This document shows positions 59,949 to 64,000 of a stretch of DNA of 64,000 bases, piece by piece; position 1 is the first letter of the stretch; each line of letters starts with the position of its first letter. The DNA is from Ensifer sp. Its GTDB lineage: Bacteria > Pseudomonadota > Alphaproteobacteria > Rhizobiales > Rhizobiaceae. The DNA lies in the NCBI RefSeq assembly GCF_035999185.1, contig NZ_DASYHB010000121.1, positions 10,154 through 74,153 of the forward strand, in the 5' to 3' direction. Under the pieces are notes generated by a model. It had not been told where the DNA came from and searched no databases. It worked only from the letters and a program-made list of their open reading frames with translations. Made by a program: the position numbers and the translations under genes.

Positions 59949-60374
59949 ATGAGACGCCTTCTGGATACGAGCTTTTTCCGCTACTTCGTCTTCGGCTGCA
60001 TTGCGGCGAGCCTGCAGGTGGCGACGCTCGCCTTGCTTGTGGAGATCGTGCGCCTGGCCCCCGTCTATGCGTCTACCGTCGCCTTCTATTTCGCTGTCGT
60101 CGTCAACTATTTCCTGCAGCGACGCTTCACCTTTCGGTCCGACGAGCCGCACCTTCAGGCCCTGCCGAAGTTCCTGGCCGTGTCGACCCTTGGCGCGGGA
60201 ATAAACGCGGTCGCCTTCAGCCTGCTCACCACCGTCATGCACTACGTGTTCGCTCAGGCGCTGGCGCTGCTCCTCGTCTTCTCGGTGAATTATGCGCTCA
60301 GCCGGCTGCTGATCTTCCGCACGCGGCGTGACGATGAAGCGCCTGACACGGGACAGGCTCAAGCGGGCAAATAA
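59949..60374 (+). CDS. GtrA-family flippase-like membrane protein
   Basis: FFRYFVFG, NYFLQRRFTFR, NYALSRLLIFR; four TMs in about 140 aa. Confidence 0.88.
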   Translation: MRRLLDTSFFRYFVFGCIAASLQVATLALLVEIVRLAPVYASTVAFYFAVVVNYFLQRRFTFRSDEPHLQALPKFLAVSTLGAGINAVAFSLLTTVMHYVFAQALALLLVFSVNYALSRLLIFRTRRDDEAPDTGQAQAGK

Positions 60375-60401
60375 AAATGCCGCATCGCGAGGATGCGGCA
60401 T
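60372..60401 (-). terminator. Terminator between convergent gtrA-like gene and xylG
   Basis: ATGCCGCATC/GATGCGGCAT stem with an A-run on the left (U-run on the minus strand). Confidence 0.65.
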
Positions 60402-60442
60402 CGTTGTGATGGTCGGGTTTCCCGACGAAACCGAGCCTCGTC

Positions 60443-61228
<786 letters not shown>

Positions 61229-61240
61229 GGATCGTACTCC

Positions 61241-62578
61241 TTACTTGGCGCGGGCGCGGTAGATAGTGTCGAGCCAGACGGCAACGACGAGGACGACGCC
61301 GACGACGATGCGCTGGAACGGGCTGTCAATCCCCAAGAGCACCATGCCCGACTGTAGTGATTGCATGACGAGCGCACCGATCATGGCACCGGCAATCGTG
61401 CCGACGCCGCCGGCAAGCGAGGTGCCGCCGATGACGGCTGCGGCGATCGTGTAGAGTTCGTCGAGTTCGCCCTGCGCGTTGGTCGCCGCGTTGAGGCGGG
61501 CAGTCGAGATCGCCGCGGCGATGGCGCACAGAATGCCCATCAGCGTGAAGATCTTGACGGTGACCCAGCGCGTCTTGATGCCGGCAAGTTCGGCAGCCTC
61601 GGGGTTGCCGCCGAGTGCAAAGACATAGCGGCCGAAGCGCAGGCGCGTGGCGATGAAGGTCATGACGATGCCGACGGTAATCGCCATCAGCACCGGAATG
61701 GCGATGCCGTGCGAGATCTGCAGTCCGCCGTCCGGCCAGGCGATGCCGTTGGCGTCGGCGTATTTGCGGGCGATGTTGGTCGGCCAGTAGTAGTGGTTGG
61801 CAACCGAGATCGCGCCAAGCACCAGCACGCAGCCGAGGATCGACAGGAAGTATTCGGCCCAGACCGGGCGCAGCGGGAAGCCGAAGCGCTTGCGCTGCTT
61901 GCGCGAGTTGAGGATGGCGCCGACGATGGCGATGCAGGCGATGATGCCGACGATCCAGCTGGCCGTGGCGCCGATCGAGCCTTCGGTGCCGCCGCCCATG
62001 AGGCGGAAGGTGGTGTTCATCGGTGCAACTGTCTGGCCGCTCGTGACGAACCAGGTGGCGCCGCGCCAGACGAGCAGGCCGCCGAGCGTGACGATGAAGG
62101 CGGGCACGTTGAGGAAGGCGATGATCGAGCCCTGGACCGCGCCGATGGCGGCGCCGACGGCGATGCCGCAGGCAAGCGTGATGATCCAGATGGCCGGATG
62201 TTCAAGGCCTAAGAACTGCGGCAGGAACTTCACCTGCATGACGCCCATGACCATGCCGCAGAAGCCGAGCACGGAGCCGACCGACAGGTCGATGTTGCGG
62301 GTGACGATGATCAGCACCATGCCGGTCGCCATGACGGCGACGGAGGAGGTCTGGACCGTCAGGTTCCAAAGGTTGCGCGGCGTCAGGAACAGGCCGCCGG
62401 TCATGATCTGAAAGCCGGCCCAGATGATGACGAGCGCGCCGACCATGCCGAGCAGCCGGGTGTCGATTTCGGTTGCGCGGAAGAACCGCTTCACCGGGTT
62501 TTCGTCCGCGACACGGGCACGGTTTGCCTGTGCACTTTGTGTCTTGCCCTGAGTTTTACCTTGTGTGATGTCGGCCAT
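61241..62578 (-). CDS. xylH: Monosaccharide ABC transporter permease
   Basis: RNIDLSVG, FIVTLGG, GRYVFALGGNPEAA, IAAAVIGG. Confidence 0.85.
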   Translation of the reverse strand: MADITQGKTQGKTQSAQANRARVADENPVKRFFRATEIDTRLLGMVGALVIIWAGFQIMTGGLFLTPRNLWNLTVQTSSVAVMATGMVLIIVTRNIDLSVGSVLGFCGMVMGVMQVKFLPQFLGLEHPAIWIITLACGIAVGAAIGAVQGSIIAFLNVPAFIVTLGGLLVWRGATWFVTSGQTVAPMNTTFRLMGGGTEGSIGATASWIVGIIACIAIVGAILNSRKQRKRFGFPLRPVWAEYFLSILGCVLVLGAISVANHYYWPTNIARKYADANGIAWPDGGLQISHGIAIPVLMAITVGIVMTFIATRLRFGRYVFALGGNPEAAELAGIKTRWVTVKIFTLMGILCAIAAAISTARLNAATNAQGELDELYTIAAAVIGGTSLAGGVGTIAGAMIGALVMQSLQSGMVLLGIDSPFQRIVVGVVLVVAVWLDTIYRARAK

Positions 62579-62740
62579 GGACGTGCCTTCCCCCCACGTA
62601 TGTTGTTGATGTCATCGCGTCAGGCGGCACCAAGAGCCGGAGTGGACGCGACAAGTCCGGTGCGACGGCAAAAGCCGAGCGATCCCCTGAACTGCGGTGG
62701 TTACGCATGCGGGCATTGTCCGCCGCGTCCGCACCTTGTG

Positions 62741-62773
62741 CAAGCGCCGCAACGGGGTGCGTTGCGGCGCTTG
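62741..62773. terminator. Intercistronic hairpin after xylF
   Basis: 14-bp stem CAAGCGCCGCAACG/CGTTGCGGCGCTTG. Confidence 0.55.
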
Positions 62774-62805
62774 TCTCAGTCAGCGCTTGATTTTGCCGAT
62801 GCGGC

Positions 62806-63843
62806 TTACTTGCAAGCCGCTACGTCGCCCTTGACGCCCTGGCACGCTTCAGCCTTGGAGATCCAGCCCGCGTCGATGACGACGTTCAGGTTGTCCTTGG
62901 TGATCGGCAGCGGTGCGAGGAAGACCGACTGCATGGCCACGCCCTTCGGGCCGCCGTTGAAGGCGGTGACGCCGGCGATTTCTTCCATCTTCTTGCCGCT
63001 TGCAAGCTCGGCTGCGATTTCAGCCGCGCGCTTGCCGAGTTCTCGGCTGTCCTTCCAGACCGAAACGGTCTGCGTGCCGAGTGCCACGCGGTTCAGCGCC
63101 GCCTTGTCGGCGTCCTGGCCGGAAACCGGAACGGAGCCGGCGAGACCCTGTGCATCGAGGGCAGCGATTGCGCCGCCGGCGGTGCCGTCGTTGGAGGCGA
63201 CGACCGCATCGACCTTGTTGTCGCTGGCGGTCAGGAACTGCTCCATGTTCTTCTGGGCGTTTTCGGGCTTCCAGCCGTCGGTGTAGGCTTCGCCCACATT
63301 CTTGATCTTACCGGCGTCGACGGCTTCCTTCAGCACTTCCATCTGTCCGGAGAAGAGGAAGTCGGCGTTCGGGTCGGAAGACGAGCCCTTGATGAAGACG
63401 TAATTGCCTTCCGGCTTCACCTTGAACACTTCGCGGGCCTGCATGCGGCCGACTTCCTTGTTGTCGAAGGTGATGTAGAAGGCGGCCGGGTTTTCGATCA
63501 GGCGGTCGTAGCCGACGACCGGAATGCCTTCGGCGGCAGCCTTTTCGATGGCCGGGCCGATGGCGTCGCTGTCCTGGGCAAGCACGATCAGCGCGTTGGC
63601 GCCCTGGGCAATCAGCGACTCGATGTCGGTCAGCTGCTTGGCGGCGGACGACTGTGCGTCAGCGGAGATGTACTTGTCGCCGGAAGCTTCGAGCGCTGCC
63701 TTGATGGCGGCTTCGTCGGTTTTCCAGCGCTCTTCCTGGAAGTTCGACCAGGAAACGCCGACGACCAGGTCTTTCGCCTGGGCAACGGAATGCAGGGAAA
63801 CGATGACGGCAACGCCTGCCATCAGCTTCAAAACGGATTTCAT
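62806..63843 (-). CDS. xylF: D-xylose ABC transporter substrate-binding protein
   Basis: [41 protein letters not shown]. Confidence 0.88.
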   Translation of the reverse strand: MKSVLKLMAGVAVIVSLHSVAQAKDLVVGVSWSNFQEERWKTDEAAIKAALEASGDKYISADAQSSAAKQLTDIESLIAQGANALIVLAQDSDAIGPAIEKAAAEGIPVVGYDRLIENPAAFYITFDNKEVGRMQAREVFKVKPEGNYVFIKGSSSDPNADFLFSGQMEVLKEAVDAGKIKNVGEAYTDGWKPENAQKNMEQFLTASDNKVDAVVASNDGTAGGAIAALDAQGLAGSVPVSGQDADKAALNRVALGTQTVSVWKDSRELGKRAAEIAAELASGKKMEEIAGVTAFNGGPKGVAMQSVFLAPLPITKDNLNVVIDAGWISKAEACQGVKGDVAACK

Positions 63844-63948
63844 TTTATCCTCCCGAGTGACGGCCAGCCGAGCGTGCGAACCTCCCGCACCATCCTCCAC
63901 CGGCCCTAGAACGCTGTCGTAGATTGCGCCGCAGCAGGGTGCGGAATT

Positions 63949-63971
63949 ATTTTCTCGACAGTCGAGAAAAT
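63949..63971. promoter_or_regulatory. Perfect palindromic operator candidate upstream of xylF
   Basis: ATTTTCTCGAC-A-GTCGAGAAAAT. Confidence 0.6.
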
Positions 63972-64000
63972 GAATGTCATGGATTTTTCGGGCTGTCAAC

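Noticed and set aside
53533-60374. Calling the cassette the Nod-factor arabinosylation genes noeCHOP
   Set aside because: No nod genes or nod box seen, and the oxidase is GMC-fold rather than DprE1-like, so gene symbols were withheld

Overview
High-GC alphaproteobacterial DNA whose gene order and repeats point to Sinorhizobium/Ensifer (Rhizobiaceae). Left to right: (1) end of a SorC/DeoR regulator, then the smoEFGK-smoS-mtlK polyol operon with a HAD phosphatase and an FGGY kinase; (2) the general stress response locus phyR / nepR-ecfG(rpoE2)-HWE kinase, with a candidate sigma-EcfG-dependent sRNA and two small membrane-protein genes; (3) a heme/iron block (hmuPSTUV, tonB, DUF2325-like, IsdG-like monooxygenase, truncated hemoglobin) with RirA-type boxes; (4) TetR-SMR, the trehalose thuR-thuEFGK-thuAB cluster, a lipoprotein hydrolase, a dipeptidase and a dpp-type ABC system; (5) an 11-kb CDP-sugar tailoring cluster (rfbF, rfbG, C-methyltransferases, epimerase, aminotransferase, CmcI, GNAT, WbqC, PhyH, two GT2s); (6) YbaK, an L,D-transpeptidase, a Pal-like lipoprotein and tRNA-Arg(CCG); (7) a 7-gene cassette (GT-C membrane protein, UbiA-type polyprenyl-phosphate phosphoribosyltransferase, HAD phosphatase, extended SDR, GMC oxidoreductase with a small partner, GtrA flippase) that looks like a lipid-linked pentose glycosylation pathway without DprE1/DprE2, the most interesting item here; (8) the xylFHG-type sugar ABC transporter. 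I saw no CRISPR array, integrase or transposase. Product names come from motif recognition, not database searches.
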